A stretch of DNA of 64,000 nucleotides from Clostridia bacterium (lineage in GTDB: Bacteria; Bacillota; Clostridia; Oscillospirales; CAG-272): positions 1,604 through 65,603 of the forward strand of contig JAFTSW010000059.1 of NCBI GenBank assembly GCA_017467085.1, read 5' to 3'. The translations under genes were made by a program, and so were the position numbers. Under the pieces are notes generated by a model. It had not been told where the DNA came from. It did not search any database and saw only the letters and a program-made list of their open reading frames with translations. Below are positions 54,323 to 64,000 of the stretch, one piece after another. Each line of letters starts with the position of its first letter. The first letter of the stretch is position 1.

Positions 54323-55048
54323 ATGTCCGTTTTTGTTATTTCGGATGTACATCTTTCCTTGAATACCTCTGACAAATCCATGGAGGTATTTGGAAGCAGA
54401 TGGAAAAATTACATAACAAGGCTGGAAAGCAACTGGCGTGCCGTGGTGAAGGAAGAGGACACCGTCATTCTGCCCGGGGATATTTCCTGGGGCTTGACGA
54501 CCGATGAGGCGCTTGCCGACCTTTCCTTTCTGCATTCCCTTCCCGGAAAAAAGATAATCGGAAAGGGCAACCACGATTTTTGGTGGCAGACGATGCGGAA
54601 GCTGACCGCCTTTTGTGAAGCAAACGGGCTTTCCTCTCTTTCGTTTCTGTTTAACAACGCCTACGTGGCGGAAAACGTGATTGTCACAGGGAGCCGCGGC
54701 TGGTTCTATGACCCCGACTGCGACAACATTCCCAAGGACACCGATTTTTCCAAGATAGTGGCAAGAGAGGCAGGGCGATTAGAGCTGAGCCTTGAAGAGG
54801 GAAAAAAGCTAAAGGAGCTTTATCCCGAAAAGGAGCTTCTGGTATTTATGCACTTTCCCGTTGTGTTTGCCGACAAGGTTTCCGAGGAGATTTTAGCGGT
54901 ACTGCGACGCCACGGGATTAAGCAATGCTATTACGGACATATTCACGGGGCATACGACGCACCCGCCTCCTTCACCCACGAGGAAATCACCTTTACACTG
55001 GTGGCGGCGGATTTTCTTGATTTTGTACCGAAAATCGTACAAAAATAG
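54323..55048 (+). CDS. metallophosphoesterase
   Basis: Starts at ATG 54323. ISDVHL, PGDISW, GKGNHDFW, GHIHG motifs. Confidence 0.8.
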   Translation: MSVFVISDVHLSLNTSDKSMEVFGSRWKNYITRLESNWRAVVKEEDTVILPGDISWGLTTDEALADLSFLHSLPGKKIIGKGNHDFWWQTMRKLTAFCEANGLSSLSFLFNNAYVAENVIVTGSRGWFYDPDCDNIPKDTDFSKIVAREAGRLELSLEEGKKLKELYPEKELLVFMHFPVVFADKVSEEILAVLRRHGIKQCYYGHIHGAYDAPASFTHEEITFTLVAADFLDFVPKIVQK

Positions 55049-55089
55049 GAAAAAAATCAAAACTTTCACATAATTTTTTCAAAAGTCTA

Positions 55090-55118
55090 TTGACAGTTTT
55101 TTCTTTTTGCAATATAAT
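55090..55118 (+). promoter_or_regulatory. consensus sigma-A promoter of tig (TTGACA-17-TATAAT)
   Basis: TTGACA at 55090-55095, 17-nt spacer, TATAAT at 55113-55118. Confidence 0.6.
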
Positions 55119-55162
55119 ATATAGGATTGAATTATTAATGATTCTATGGAGGATGAAAACCA

Positions 55163-56446
55163 ATGAGTCTGACGAAAAAGACCGAAATTGAAAAGAATTG
55201 CTACGAGCTGGAATTTACCATTTCCAAGGAAGCCTTTGAAGCGGCTATGAACGATGCTTACCGCAAGAACGTGAAGAAGATGAACGTTCCCGGCTTCCGC
55301 AAGGGTAAGGCTCCCCGTTCCATCATCGAGAAGATGTATGGCAAGGGCGTTTTCTATGAGGATGCGCTGAATGCCTGCATCGGCCCTGCTTACGAGGAGG
55401 CTGCCAAGGAATCCGAGCTCGCTATCGTGGGCCGTCCCGAGTTTGACGTTGTTTCTATCGAGGACAATGCCCCTGTTATGAAGGCAAAGGTTTACGTAAA
55501 GCCTGAGGTTACCATTGAGAACTATCTTGGTATCGAGGTTACGAGAACCGAGAAGGTTGCTGACGAGGCTGCTGTAAACGCAGAGCTTGAAAGAGTTCGC
55601 GAGCGCAACGCCAGAATGCTGGACGTAACCGACAGAGCCGCCGCTATGGACGATACCGTTACCATCGACTACGTTGGCACCATTGACGGTGTTGCTTTCG
55701 AGGGTGGCAGCGCAAATGACCATTCTCTGAAGCTTGGCAGCGGTGCCTTTATCCCCGGCTTTGAGGAGCAAATCGTTGGCAAGAGCATCGGCGAAACCTT
55801 TGATGTGAACGTTTCCTTCCCCGAGGATTATCACGCAACCGATTTGGCAGGCAAGGCAGCTGTATTCTCCGTTACCCTGAAGGAAATCAAGGCAACCGAG
55901 CTTGCTCCCTTGGACGATGAGTTCGCTAAGGACGTTTCCGAGTTCGATACCCTGGACGCCTACAAGGCTGACATCCAGGCAAAGCTCCAGGAGCGCTTCA
56001 ACAAGGAGATGGAGAGCGAGGTTTCGGACAAGCTGATGGATGCTCTCTTGGAAAGAATGCAGGCTGACATTCCCGAGGTTATGTTCGAGATGGAAACCGA
56101 AAACGAGCTGCGTGATATGGACAACAACCTGAGAATGCAGGGTCTTGACCTTTCCACCTACTGCAAGTACTGCGGTATGGATTTGGATATGATTCGCGCT
56201 CAGCTCCGTCCTCGTGCTGAAAAGCAGGTTAAGGTTCGCTTGACCCTGGAAAAGATTGCCGCTCTTGAGAATCTGACCGCAAGCGCCGAGGCCATTGAGG
56301 ATGAATACAAGCGTATTTCCGAGGCATATAATGTACCTATGGACCAGGTAAAGGCTATGATTGACGAAAAGGATTTGGCCGAGGACCTGAAGGTTAAGGC
56401 CGCTATGGACCTTGTGAAAGAGAAAGCAGTTGTTACTGCCGCCTAA
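55163..56446 (+). CDS. tig: trigger factor
   Basis: 427 aa with the ribosome-binding signature GFRKGKAP and a central FKBP-type domain. Confidence 0.97.
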   Translation: MSLTKKTEIEKNCYELEFTISKEAFEAAMNDAYRKNVKKMNVPGFRKGKAPRSIIEKMYGKGVFYEDALNACIGPAYEEAAKESELAIVGRPEFDVVSIEDNAPVMKAKVYVKPEVTIENYLGIEVTRTEKVADEAAVNAELERVRERNARMLDVTDRAAAMDDTVTIDYVGTIDGVAFEGGSANDHSLKLGSGAFIPGFEEQIVGKSIGETFDVNVSFPEDYHATDLAGKAAVFSVTLKEIKATELAPLDDEFAKDVSEFDTLDAYKADIQAKLQERFNKEMESEVSDKLMDALLERMQADIPEVMFEMETENELRDMDNNLRMQGLDLSTYCKYCGMDLDMIRAQLRPRAEKQVKVRLTLEKIAALENLTASAEAIEDEYKRISEAYNVPMDQVKAMIDEKDLAEDLKVKAAMDLVKEKAVVTAA

Positions 56447-56456
56447 ATAACCGACT

Positions 56457-56492
56457 GCGTGCTTTCTTCTTTGGGGGAAGCACGCTGTTTTT
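56457..56492 (+). terminator. terminator/attenuator between tig and clpP
   Basis: GCGTGCTTTC-(9 nt)-GGAAGCACGC followed by TGTTTTT. Confidence 0.65.
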
Positions 56493-56520
56493 ATCAAAAA
56501 CAAAAAAGGAGATACCCATT

Positions 56521-57105
56521 ATGCCACTTGTTCCTACCGTCATTGAACAGACCAGCAGAGGCGAGCGCGCTTATGACATTTTTTCCCGCCTTTTGAACGA
56601 CCGCATCGTCATTCTTTCGGACGAGGTCAACGATGCTACCGCTTCCTTGGTGGTTGCTCAAATGCTCTTTTTAGAGGCGCAAGACCCTGACAAGGACATT
56701 TACTTCTATATCAACAGCCCCGGCGGTTCTATTTCCGCAGGTATGGCGATTTATGACACGATGAACTTCATCAAGTGCGACGTGTCCACCATCTGCATCG
56801 GTATGGCCGCAAGCATGGGCGCCTTCTTGCTTTCCGCAGGTGCTAAGGGCAAGCGCCTGGCGCTCCCCAACAGCGAAATTATGATTCATCAGCCCTTGGG
56901 CGGTATGCAGGGACAGGCAAGCGATATCAAGATTCACGCCGACCATATCCTGAGAACCCGCGAAAAGCTGAATAATCTTTTGGCAGAACAGACGGGACAG
57001 TCCTTGGAAACCATTCGCCGTGACACGGAGCGCGACAACTTTATGTCTGCGGACGAGGCTGCCGCATACGGTCTTATCGATAAGGTTATCGCACACAGAC
57101 CCTAA
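56521..57105 (+). CDS. clpP: ATP-dependent Clp protease proteolytic subunit
   Basis: [26 protein letters not shown] (catalytic Ser), IMIHQPLGG (catalytic His). Confidence 0.98.
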   Translation: MPLVPTVIEQTSRGERAYDIFSRLLNDRIVILSDEVNDATASLVVAQMLFLEAQDPDKDIYFYINSPGGSISAGMAIYDTMNFIKCDVSTICIGMAASMGAFLLSAGAKGKRLALPNSEIMIHQPLGGMQGQASDIKIHADHILRTREKLNNLLAEQTGQSLETIRRDTERDNFMSADEAAAYGLIDKVIAHRP

Positions 57106-57143
57106 AAAAACCGCATCCAAAAAAGAAAGGTAAGGCAAATTTT

Positions 57144-58433
57144 ATGGCAAGAACCCCTAATCAGATATTAAAATGTGCCTTCTGCGGCAGGGACGAAAAC
57201 AACGTTGACTTTTTGATTCCCTCCCCCTCGGGCGTTTGCATTTGCAATGAGTGCGTGGACGCTTGTCAGCATATTATTGATGAATATATGCAGGAGGAAC
57301 GGGGCGCCGCTTCCCTATCCAACACAGAGGAGCTGACCTACGAAACGCTTCCCCGTCCTCATAAAATCAAGGAAACCCTGGATGAGTTCGTTATCGGGCA
57401 GGATGACGCAAAGCGTGTTTTGTCCGTTGCGGTGTACAACCACTACAAGCGCATCCTTTCCTTAGACAAGCGCTCTGCCAAGAAAAAGGGCGGCAAGGAC
57501 GAGGTGCCTGCCGAGCACGAGGTGGAAATCCAAAAGAGCAACGTGCTGCTTTTGGGCCCTACGGGCGTGGGAAAGACCTATCTTGCCCAGACCCTGGCAA
57601 AGGCTTTGAAGGTTCCCTTCGCTATTGCGGACGCTACGACGCTGACCGAGGCAGGATACGTAGGCGAGGACGTGGAAAACATCCTTCTTCGCTTAATTCA
57701 AGCTGCTGACTACAACGTTGAGCTTGCAGAAAAAGGCATTATTTATATTGATGAAATTGATAAAATTTCTCGCCGCGGCGAAAATCGCTCTATCACCCGT
57801 GACGTTTCGGGCGAGGGCGTACAGCAGGCGCTTTTGAAGATTTTGGAGGGCACCGTTTCCAACGTGCCTCCCCAGGGAGGCAGAAAGCATCCCAACCAGG
57901 AATTTATCCAAATCAATACCGAAAATATTCTCTTTATCTGCGGCGGTGCCTTTGACGGTCTTTCCGACATTATTGAGCAAAGACGGGGCAACCAGACCAT
58001 CGGCTTCGGTGGCGAAATCCGCAGCAAAAAAGAAAAGCTGGCAAAGGGCTGCTACGCCGATGCCAACGCACACGATATTATTAAATACGGTTTAATTCCC
58101 GAGCTTGTGGGACGCTTGCCCGTTATGGTAGCCTTGGATAACCTGGATGAGACTGCCTTGGTTCGTATTCTGAAGGAGCCTAAAAACTCTCTTTCCAAGC
58201 AGTACGCTAAGTTGTTTGACATTGACGGCGTGGAGCTTATCTTTGAGGATGAGGCACTTGCCGCCATCGCCAAGCTGGCTATGGAGCGCGAAATCGGCGC
58301 CCGTGGACTTCGCTCTATCTTGGAGGGCATTATGATGCCCTTGATGTACGAGGTTCCCTCCCGTGAGGGCGTCAAGAGCGTGACCATCACCGCTGACTAC
58401 GTCAAAGGTCTTGCGGAAGCCAAAATTGCATAA
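57144..58433 (+). CDS. clpX: ATP-dependent Clp protease ATP-binding subunit ClpX
   Basis: Zinc-binding CAFCG...CNEC, Walker [18 protein letters not shown], and the pore-loop region. Confidence 0.98.
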   Translation: MARTPNQILKCAFCGRDENNVDFLIPSPSGVCICNECVDACQHIIDEYMQEERGAASLSNTEELTYETLPRPHKIKETLDEFVIGQDDAKRVLSVAVYNHYKRILSLDKRSAKKKGGKDEVPAEHEVEIQKSNVLLLGPTGVGKTYLAQTLAKALKVPFAIADATTLTEAGYVGEDVENILLRLIQAADYNVELAEKGIIYIDEIDKISRRGENRSITRDVSGEGVQQALLKILEGTVSNVPPQGGRKHPNQEFIQINTENILFICGGAFDGLSDIIEQRRGNQTIGFGGEIRSKKEKLAKGCYADANAHDIIKYGLIPELVGRLPVMVALDNLDETALVRILKEPKNSLSKQYAKLFDIDGVELIFEDEALAAIAKLAMEREIGARGLRSILEGIMMPLMYEVPSREGVKSVTITADYVKGLAEAKIA

Positions 58434-58470
58434 AAAAAGCGGGAGTTGCTTTCGCAACTCCCAACCTTTT
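58433..58470. terminator. bidirectional terminator shared by clpX and rpsU
   Basis: GGGAGTTGC-tttc-GCAACTCCC, with an A7 run before it and a T-rich sequence after. Confidence 0.75.
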
Positions 58471-58471
58471 A

Positions 58472-58648
58472 TTACTTATACTTGCGCTTTCTTGCGGCTT
58501 CGGACTTCTTCTTACGCTTTACGCTGGGTTTCTCGTAATGCTCTCTTTTGCGAAGTTCGGTCAATACGCCCGATTTCACGCATTGACGCTTAAAGCGACG
58601 CAGTGCGCTATCCAAAGACTCATTTTCTTTCACTCTGATTTCAGCCAT
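58472..58648 (-). CDS. rpsU: 30S ribosomal protein S21
   Basis: Starts at ATG 58648. [42 protein letters not shown]. Confidence 0.95.
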   Translation of the reverse strand: MAEIRVKENESLDSALRRFKRQCVKSGVLTELRKREHYEKPSVKRKKKSEAARKRKYK

Positions 58649-58688
58649 CTCATGTCCCTCCCCTCGCATTTCAGAATATAACATATAT

Positions 58689-58717
58689 ATTATACATAAG
58701 AAACCACTCTTTGTCAA
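58689..58717 (-). promoter_or_regulatory. consensus sigma-A promoter of rpsU (TTGACA-17-TATAAT on the minus strand)
   Basis: The reverse complement reads TTGACAaagagtggtttcttatgTATAAT. Confidence 0.6.
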
Positions 58718-58820
58718 GGCTTTTTTCGCTTTTTTCATCTCTTTTTGTGAAAAAATCAACGAAATTTCGGCTTTGCACCCCCAAAAAACAGGAAGGAGCT
58801 TTCCCACGGGAAAGAACGCC

Positions 58821-59807
58821 ATGGAAGAAGAACAAAAGAAAAAACGGCGCTTCAAGCTTTTTGACTCGCAACGCGAGGGCAAGGGCGTCACCAAGGAGGA
58901 GGCAAACCTCCCTCCCAATTTGAAAAAGTTTTTCATTCTCTATAAAAGAGATTTCAGCCGCCTGCTTTCCGTCAACATCTTAATGGTGCTGGGAAACTTC
59001 CCCTTACTCTTTTTGATTATTGCCCTCAGCGGCGTTTTCAGCTTTGATTTCGTGACCCCCGGCAAGGATATGTTTTCCGTTTTTCAAGGCCTCGTTACCC
59101 AAGAGGGCTTCTCTGCTCCTCTGCTTGCCTTAAACGGAATTTTAGGCGTACAGGCACCTGCCGCTAATTTCCAGCCCTGGGCATACGTATTTATGGGGCT
59201 TTCCCTTTTGGTGCTGTTCACCTGGGGCATCGTCAATGCGGGAACCGCCTATATTTTGCGTAATATGGTCAAGGGAGAGCCCGTCTTTCTGATGAGTGAT
59301 TTCTGGTATGCCGTCAAGCGCAATATCAAGCAGGCACTGCCCTTTGGCATTCTCGATTTGGTTTTGATTGCCCTTGTACCCGTTAATGTCTTTATTTTAA
59401 GCCAGGGCGATGGCTTCTTTAACGGTATGCTCTTCTGGGCAAACATCTTCATTGGACTGATTTATATGATTATGCGGTTTTATATTTATATCCAAATGGT
59501 CACCTTTGATCTTTCCATTCGCAAGATATTGAAAAACTCCCTTATTTTCGCCATCGTCGGCTTCAAGCGCAATATTATGGCCATTATCGGCATCGTAATT
59601 TTGCTCTTTCTGCTTCTGGTTCTGGCATACTCGGGTGTTTTCCTTGGGCTTGCCATTATTTTGCCCTTGGTATTCCTCTTCTCCAACTGCTCCTATATGA
59701 CCACCTATGCGGCATATTTCAAAATCAAGGAATTGATGATTGACCCTTATCAGGATGAGGACAAGGAAAACGAAGAGGATACGGACGAGCCCATAGCGGA
59801 GGAATAA
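58821..59807 (+). CDS. YesL/DUF624-family membrane protein
   Basis: Starts at ATG 58821. [10 protein letters not shown]....[30 protein letters not shown] is typical of the DUF624 N-region. Six hydrophobic segments and an acidic tail. Confidence 0.65.
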   Translation: MEEEQKKKRRFKLFDSQREGKGVTKEEANLPPNLKKFFILYKRDFSRLLSVNILMVLGNFPLLFLIIALSGVFSFDFVTPGKDMFSVFQGLVTQEGFSAPLLALNGILGVQAPAANFQPWAYVFMGLSLLVLFTWGIVNAGTAYILRNMVKGEPVFLMSDFWYAVKRNIKQALPFGILDLVLIALVPVNVFILSQGDGFFNGMLFWANIFIGLIYMIMRFYIYIQMVTFDLSIRKILKNSLIFAIVGFKRNIMAIIGIVILLFLLLVLAYSGVFLGLAIILPLVFLFSNCSYMTTYAAYFKIKELMIDPYQDEDKENEEDTDEPIAEE

Positions 59808-59818
59808 GCGCCTTTTCG

Positions 59819-60505
59819 CTATCCTTCCAGTAGCTCCGACACCGTGACAAACTGATAACCGCTTTTTAGCAGCTGGGGAATCAACTGCTCTAAGGCGGTT
59901 ATTGTTGTATTGGGCGGCACCACAAAATCGTGAAACAGCAGAATATCGCCGCCCTGTACAGCAGAAAGAACGGCGTGACAGATAACAGAGGGGGCATTAT
60001 GGGACCAATCTCTGGTATCAATGCTCCAAAGCACCGTTTTATACGCCATTTCCTCTAAAAGCGCCGTATGAACGGCGCTTTTTTTACCCTCGGGAGGACG
60101 GAAAAGCCCCGAGGAGGTGCCGCCCAGGGCGCGTATGATTTCCTCCGTTTTCTCGATTTCCTCCCTCAGCGCCTTCTCGTCAAGGGCGGACATATGGGGA
60201 TGGGTATAGGTATGGTTGCCGATTTCGTGGGGGGAGGCAATAAGCGCCTTGGCTGCCTCGGCATAAATCTCCATATTTTCTCCTACCACGAAAAAGGTTG
60301 CCTTTATCCCGTATTGCTCTAAGAGGCGCAAGATTTCGGGGGTATACCGCGGATGAGGGCCGTCATCAAAGGTCAAGGCAATTTTTTTCTCTTCCCTCTT
60401 GCCGTGGTAAAAAGGCGCACCTTGGACAGGGGAAGGTGTATTCACTAAGAAAAGACATACAAAAAGAAGCGCCATACAAAAGCAAAGATATCTTTTTCCT
60501 TTCAT
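59819..60505 (-). CDS. secreted polysaccharide deacetylase (NodB homology domain)
   Basis: Signal peptide, then ALTFDDGPH, HEIGNHTYTHP, RPPEG motifs. Confidence 0.9.
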   Translation of the reverse strand: MKGKRYLCFCMALLFVCLFLVNTPSPVQGAPFYHGKREEKKIALTFDDGPHPRYTPEILRLLEQYGIKATFFVVGENMEIYAEAAKALIASPHEIGNHTYTHPHMSALDEKALREEIEKTEEIIRALGGTSSGLFRPPEGKKSAVHTALLEEMAYKTVLWSIDTRDWSHNAPSVICHAVLSAVQGGDILLFHDFVVPPNTTITALEQLIPQLLKSGYQFVTVSELLEG

Positions 60506-60518
60506 ATAGCGCCTCCTG

Positions 60519-61313
60519 TTATCTGGTGGTTTTGGTTAATTCGTGCAGCGTGCCGAAGCGATACCCCTGGCTCTTCCAGACCTGTATCAGCTCCTCTAAA
60601 ATTTCCGCATTGACGGCGGAGGTCGGGTGCAAGAGGATAACGGCGCCGTTGTGGGTATTGGATAAAACCTTTTCCTTGGCGTAGGCCGCCGAGGGCTGGT
60701 GATGATTGTCCCAATCGGCATAAGCAAAGCTCCAGAATACCGTTTTGTATCCAAGCGCCTGTACCGTTTGCAGGGATTTTTCCGTAAAGCGCCCTTCGGG
60801 GGGTCTGTAATACCTGGCAAGAGCGTGTCCCGTCAGCGCGGTATACTCCTCCTCCAAGCCCCGAATTTCCTGCTTTAAGGTATCTTCATCTATCCTTGTG
60901 TTATCCTTATGATGAGAGGTGTGGTTGCAAACCAGATGCCCCTCATCTGCCATACGCTTGATAAGCGCCTCTTCCCGTTGAATGACGTTAGAAAGCACGA
61001 AGAAGGCGCCCGTGACCTCCTCCTTTTTTAGAATATCCAAGACCTTTGCCACGTTGCCGTTCTCATAGCCAACATCGAAGGTCAGATACAGCACCTTATC
61101 TCCCTCCCGCACGTCACTGTCTAAATAATAGGCGTCATATTTCTCAATCCAAGCCAAGCCTCCGTCAATTTTCGGCGGCTTATGCTCCTTTTCCCGTCGT
61201 ATAAACCAGCCGTAACCATCTCCCTTGGCGGCTATACAAAGAGAAAATAGAAGCGAAAAAGCCACGGAGAGCGAAAGAAAAGCCAACAATTTATTTTTTA
61301 CCGTATTCTTCAT
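60519..61313 (-). CDS. pdaA: delta-lactam-biosynthetic de-N-acetylase PdaA-like
   Basis: YLTFDVGYENGNVAKVLDILKKEEVTGAFFV, IKRMADEGHLVCNHTSHH, YRPPEG, TVFWSFAYADW closely parallel B. subtilis PdaA. The start is 61313 or 61322. Confidence 0.8.
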   Translation of the reverse strand: MKNTVKNKLLAFLSLSVAFSLLFSLCIAAKGDGYGWFIRREKEHKPPKIDGGLAWIEKYDAYYLDSDVREGDKVLYLTFDVGYENGNVAKVLDILKKEEVTGAFFVLSNVIQREEALIKRMADEGHLVCNHTSHHKDNTRIDEDTLKQEIRGLEEEYTALTGHALARYYRPPEGRFTEKSLQTVQALGYKTVFWSFAYADWDNHHQPSAAYAKEKVLSNTHNGAVILLHPTSAVNAEILEELIQVWKSQGYRFGTLHELTKTTR

Positions 61314-61428
61314 TACAAGCAAGCAGAATGCCCTTTTCCACTCTTCTGCTCTTATTATTATTTTGTATAAGGCAAGCCGTCTTACACGAGGAAAAGCTTG
61401 TGTTTTTTGTTTTTTTCATCCTGCAAAA

Positions 61429-61477
61429 GAAAAAGGCTTGCATCTCCCGTCACAAGGACAGGGCACAAGCCTTTTTA
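61429..61477 (-). terminator. terminator of the HAD-IIA gene
   Basis: AAAAGGCTTG (61431-61440) / CAAGCCTTTT (61466-61475) with a 25-nt loop. A T-rich tract follows on the minus strand. Confidence 0.55.
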
Positions 61478-61482
61478 TAAAA

Positions 61483-62268
61483 TTACAGCGTTTTTGTCAG
61501 AATATCGCCTACATCGTTTAACACGAACTTAGGCTGATAGGGATATTGCGGAAGCATCTCTCTCGTGGTACAGCCGGACAACACCAAAACGGTATCCAAC
61601 TCAGACTCAATGCCCGCAATAATATCGGTGTCCATTCTGTCGCCGATAATCACGGCATCGCGCCGATGGGCGTCTAACTTCTTCAAGCCGTGACGCATCA
61701 TCAAGGGGTTGGGCTTGCCAACAAAATATGCCTGTTTTCCCGTGGTCATCTCAATAGGAGAAATCATCGCGCGGCAGGCAGGAATAATGCCCGTTTCCGC
61801 AGGAGAGGTAAGGTCGGGGTTAGTACCAATAAGCTTGGCGCCGTTTTGCACCAGCTTGACAGCCTTTTCAATCTTCTCATAGCTCAAGCCGCGGGTTTCA
61901 CCGAATACCACGTAATCGGGGTCGCAATCGTTCATAGAGAAGCCTGCTTCATACAGCGCATTGAAAAGCCCGGGCTCGCCAATCACGTACACAGAGCCGC
62001 CGGGACACTGGCTTTTCAAAAAGGAGGCAGTTGCAAGGGCGCTGGTATAGAAATGGTCCTCGGACACCTGCAAGCCCATACGGGCAAGCTTTTGCGCCAA
62101 TTCCTTGGGAGAGCGCTCGGAGCTGTTGGTCAGGAACAGGAACTTTTTGTCCTCCTTGACGAGCCAGGACACGAACTCCTTTACGTGAGGAATGATTTGG
62201 TTACCGTGATAGATAACACCGTCCATATCGCAGATAAACGCCTGCTTGCTTGCAATTTCTTCTATCAT
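61483..62268 (-). CDS. HAD-IIA family hydrolase (NagD-like)
   Basis: FICDMDGVIYHG, FLTNSS, GKP, GDRMDTDI motifs. Confidence 0.85.
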   Translation of the reverse strand: MIEEIASKQAFICDMDGVIYHGNQIIPHVKEFVSWLVKEDKKFLFLTNSSERSPKELAQKLARMGLQVSEDHFYTSALATASFLKSQCPGGSVYVIGEPGLFNALYEAGFSMNDCDPDYVVFGETRGLSYEKIEKAVKLVQNGAKLIGTNPDLTSPAETGIIPACRAMISPIEMTTGKQAYFVGKPNPLMMRHGLKKLDAHRRDAVIIGDRMDTDIIAGIESELDTVLVLSGCTTREMLPQYPYQPKFVLNDVGDILTKTL

Positions 62269-62293
62269 AGCTGCTTCCCTTCAAACGAAGTCT

Positions 62294-63313
62294 TTAATCC
62301 TTGGGATATCCCTCGGGATTCATCTTCTGCCATCTTGCCGCATCCTCGCACATTTTTTCCATATCACGCTCGGCGCGCCAGGAAAGCATTTCATATGCCT
62401 TGGAGGGGTCGGCATAGCACTCGGCAACGTCCCCTTCTCTTCTTTCGACAATCTTATAGGGAACGGGGCCGCCCCAAGCCTTTTCAAAGGCAGAAACCAT
62501 ATCCAGAACGGAATAGCCGTTACCCGTACCGATGTTGTAATATTCAATGCCCGTGGTCTTACCCGTGCGCTCCAAGGCACACAGATGCGCCAGAGCCAGG
62601 TCAACCACGTGGATATAGTCACGCACGCCCGTGCCGTCCTTGGTGGGGTAATCGTTACCAAAGACACGCAGGTAATCCAGCTTACCGGCGGCAACCTTGG
62701 AGATATAGGGCAAAAGATTGTTGGGGATACCGCAGGGGTCCTCACCAATCAAGCCGCTCTCGTGCGCGCCGATGGGGTTGAAGTAACGCAAAACGCAGGC
62801 AGAAAGGTCGGCGTTTGCATGGCAGGCATCCTTGAGGATGCGCTCAATCATCAGCTTGGTTTCGCCGTAGGGGTTGGTGGTGGAAAGGGGGAAATCCTCC
62901 GAAATCGGCACAGACTTCGGCACACCGTATACGGTAGCAGAGGAGCTGAACACAATTCGGTTCACCCCGTGCTTCTGCATCAGAGTGAGAAGGTTAAAGG
63001 TACCGGTCAGGTTGTTATGGTAGTACCAGAGAGGCTTCTGCACAGACTCACCAACCGCCTTCAAGCCTGCAAAGTGAATGACGGACTCAATGTCCTTGTG
63101 GGCTGCAAAAACAGCATCCAAGGCATCGTAATCCAGCAAATCAACCTTGTAGAAGGTGGGTCGACGGCCCGTGATGGTTTCGACTCTGTCCAACACACAC
63201 AGCTTACTGTTGGAAAGGTTGTCAACGATGACAACATCCTTCCCCGCATTCAAAAGCTCAACACACGTATGAGAACCGATAAAGCCGGTTCCGCCCGTTA
63301 CCAAAATAGCCAT
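62294..63313 (-). CDS. galE: UDP-glucose 4-epimerase
   Basis: Starts at ATG 63313 (RBS GGAGAA). [28 protein letters not shown] (YxxxK). Confidence 0.95.
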   Translation of the reverse strand: MAILVTGGTGFIGSHTCVELLNAGKDVVIVDNLSNSKLCVLDRVETITGRRPTFYKVDLLDYDALDAVFAAHKDIESVIHFAGLKAVGESVQKPLWYYHNNLTGTFNLLTLMQKHGVNRIVFSSSATVYGVPKSVPISEDFPLSTTNPYGETKLMIERILKDACHANADLSACVLRYFNPIGAHESGLIGEDPCGIPNNLLPYISKVAAGKLDYLRVFGNDYPTKDGTGVRDYIHVVDLALAHLCALERTGKTTGIEYYNIGTGNGYSVLDMVSAFEKAWGGPVPYKIVERREGDVAECYADPSKAYEMLSWRAERDMEKMCEDAARWQKMNPEGYPKD

Positions 63314-63412
63314 TACATTCTCCATTCTGTCGCCCTGGGCGACTGCACAAAATTTCAAAGGTGAGGCGCTCATAGCCTTCGGCGATATGAGCCCTCACAC
63401 GGTTTTACTGTA

Positions 63413-64000
63413 TTAGTTCCAAAGACCGCTCTTGGGATATACGCCCTTTTCGCACATATCCTGCAAGCCAGCCACTACCTTGGGTCTATCCTCGCGATAG
63501 GTTACGCCAAGCCAATGGTCCTCGGTTACAAGCACGTGCATATCGCATTCGCCGGAGGCAAGAGATTCACTTGCAACGGTGGGAAGATAATATTCATCCT
63601 TCAAAAGGTTGGTGGCAGGGTTACGCAGGAATGCGGCAAAGCCCTTCTCGGCATACTCGAAAATCTTATCGGTGAAGCCGAAGAAATTCATAGAAGCAAT
63701 GGAGTCACCCTTCAAGGCTACCCACTTATCGTCACCCTCGGTGTACTCGGCGTCAGCACCTGCCTTGCGAATCTTGGTGCGCTCGGTGATGGACGCCAGC
63801 TTGCCCTCGCCGTCTGCCACGCAGATGCCGCGGGAAACGGTACCGTTTTCGGTCAAGGTGTTCGCAAGCTTATAGCCAACCATACAGAAATGATTGTTCG
63901 CGCCCTCATTATTCTTGGTTAAATACTCGGCAGCAAGGCGATATGCCTCGGGGCCATAATAATCGTCCGCATTGATAACCGAGAAGGGACCCTTCACATA
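63413..64000 (-). CDS. sugar-phosphate nucleotidyltransferase family protein (5' end beyond the right window edge)
   Basis: The open frame continues to the window edge. The visible part (FSVINADDYYG ... HVLVTEDHWLGVTYREDRP) resembles NTP_transferase-fold enzymes and lies adjacent to galE. Confidence 0.65.
   Translation of the reverse strand, partial: YVKGPFSVINADDYYGPEAYRLAAEYLTKNNEGANNHFCMVGYKLANTLTENGTVSRGICVADGEGKLASITERTKIRKAGADAEYTEGDDKWVALKGDSIASMNFFGFTDKIFEYAEKGFAAFLRNPATNLLKDEYYLPTVASESLASGECDMHVLVTEDHWLGVTYREDRPKVVAGLQDMCEKGVYPKSGLWN

Noticed and set aside
55079-56503. 474-aa ORF antisense to tig.
   Set aside because: Shadow ORF. The plus strand carries the trigger factor signature GFRKGKAP and a consensus promoter and RBS.
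58670-58700. AT-rich quasi-palindrome (CAGAATATAACATATATATTATACATAAG) that superficially resembles a dif/Xer site.
   Set aside because: Alignment to Firmicute dif (ACTTCCTAGAATATATATTATGTAAACT) is poor in both arms. The segment is fully explained as the spacer and -10 of the consensus rpsU promoter on the minus strand.
61690-63364. Two overlapping plus-strand ORFs (363 and 372 aa) antisense to the HAD-IIA hydrolase and galE.
   Set aside because: Shadow ORFs with Arg/Gly/His-rich featureless translations. The minus strand encodes canonical GalE and HAD motifs.

Overview
This is a dense, mostly housekeeping 64-kb chromosomal window. It probably comes from an endospore-forming member of the Clostridia, Oscillospiraceae/Ruminococcaceae-like. 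That placement is an inference from spoIIID, yunB, cwlD-like and pdaA-like genes, a DUF1540 gene, and Firmicute syntenies (pepP-efp, rplS-lepB-ylqF-rnhB-yraN, tig-clpP-clpX, coaE-slt, ackA).

I call about 60 protein genes, 2 tRNAs (Gly-UCC, Arg-ACG), many near-consensus sigma-A promoters (TTGACA-17-TGnTATAAT type) and many clear, often bidirectional, rho-independent terminators. I see no rRNA, CRISPR array, transposase, phage genes or obvious island boundaries. The one tyrosine recombinase looks like a housekeeping Xer.

Many ORF-track entries are long antisense shadow ORFs of real genes, or N-terminal over-extensions from alternative start codons. I trimmed starts to the ATG/TTG that has a Shine-Dalgarno sequence.

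The most unusual locus is a strongly promoted four-gene transcarboxylase-like operon (22.1-25.8 kb) encoding a 12S-like carboxyltransferase, an OadG-type anchor, a biotinyl-domain protein and a 5S/OadA-like subunit. The carrier has Glu where the biotinyl-lysine should be. The 5S-like subunit has lost three of the four canonical metal-site residues. No beta pump subunit or biotin carboxylase is present in the window. All four ORFs are nonetheless intact and tightly coupled.

Secondary curiosities:
- Two orphan consensus promoters that fire directly into terminator hairpins (13.97 kb and 40.03 kb).
- A perfect 14-bp inverted repeat.
- A divergent EF-G paralogue apparently co-transcribed with a signal-peptide-less BspA-type LRR protein.
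- An ApgM-type mutase homologue near thrC that could be the alternative homoserine kinase.

All functional calls rest on my recognition of motifs in the supplied translations. No database search was run.
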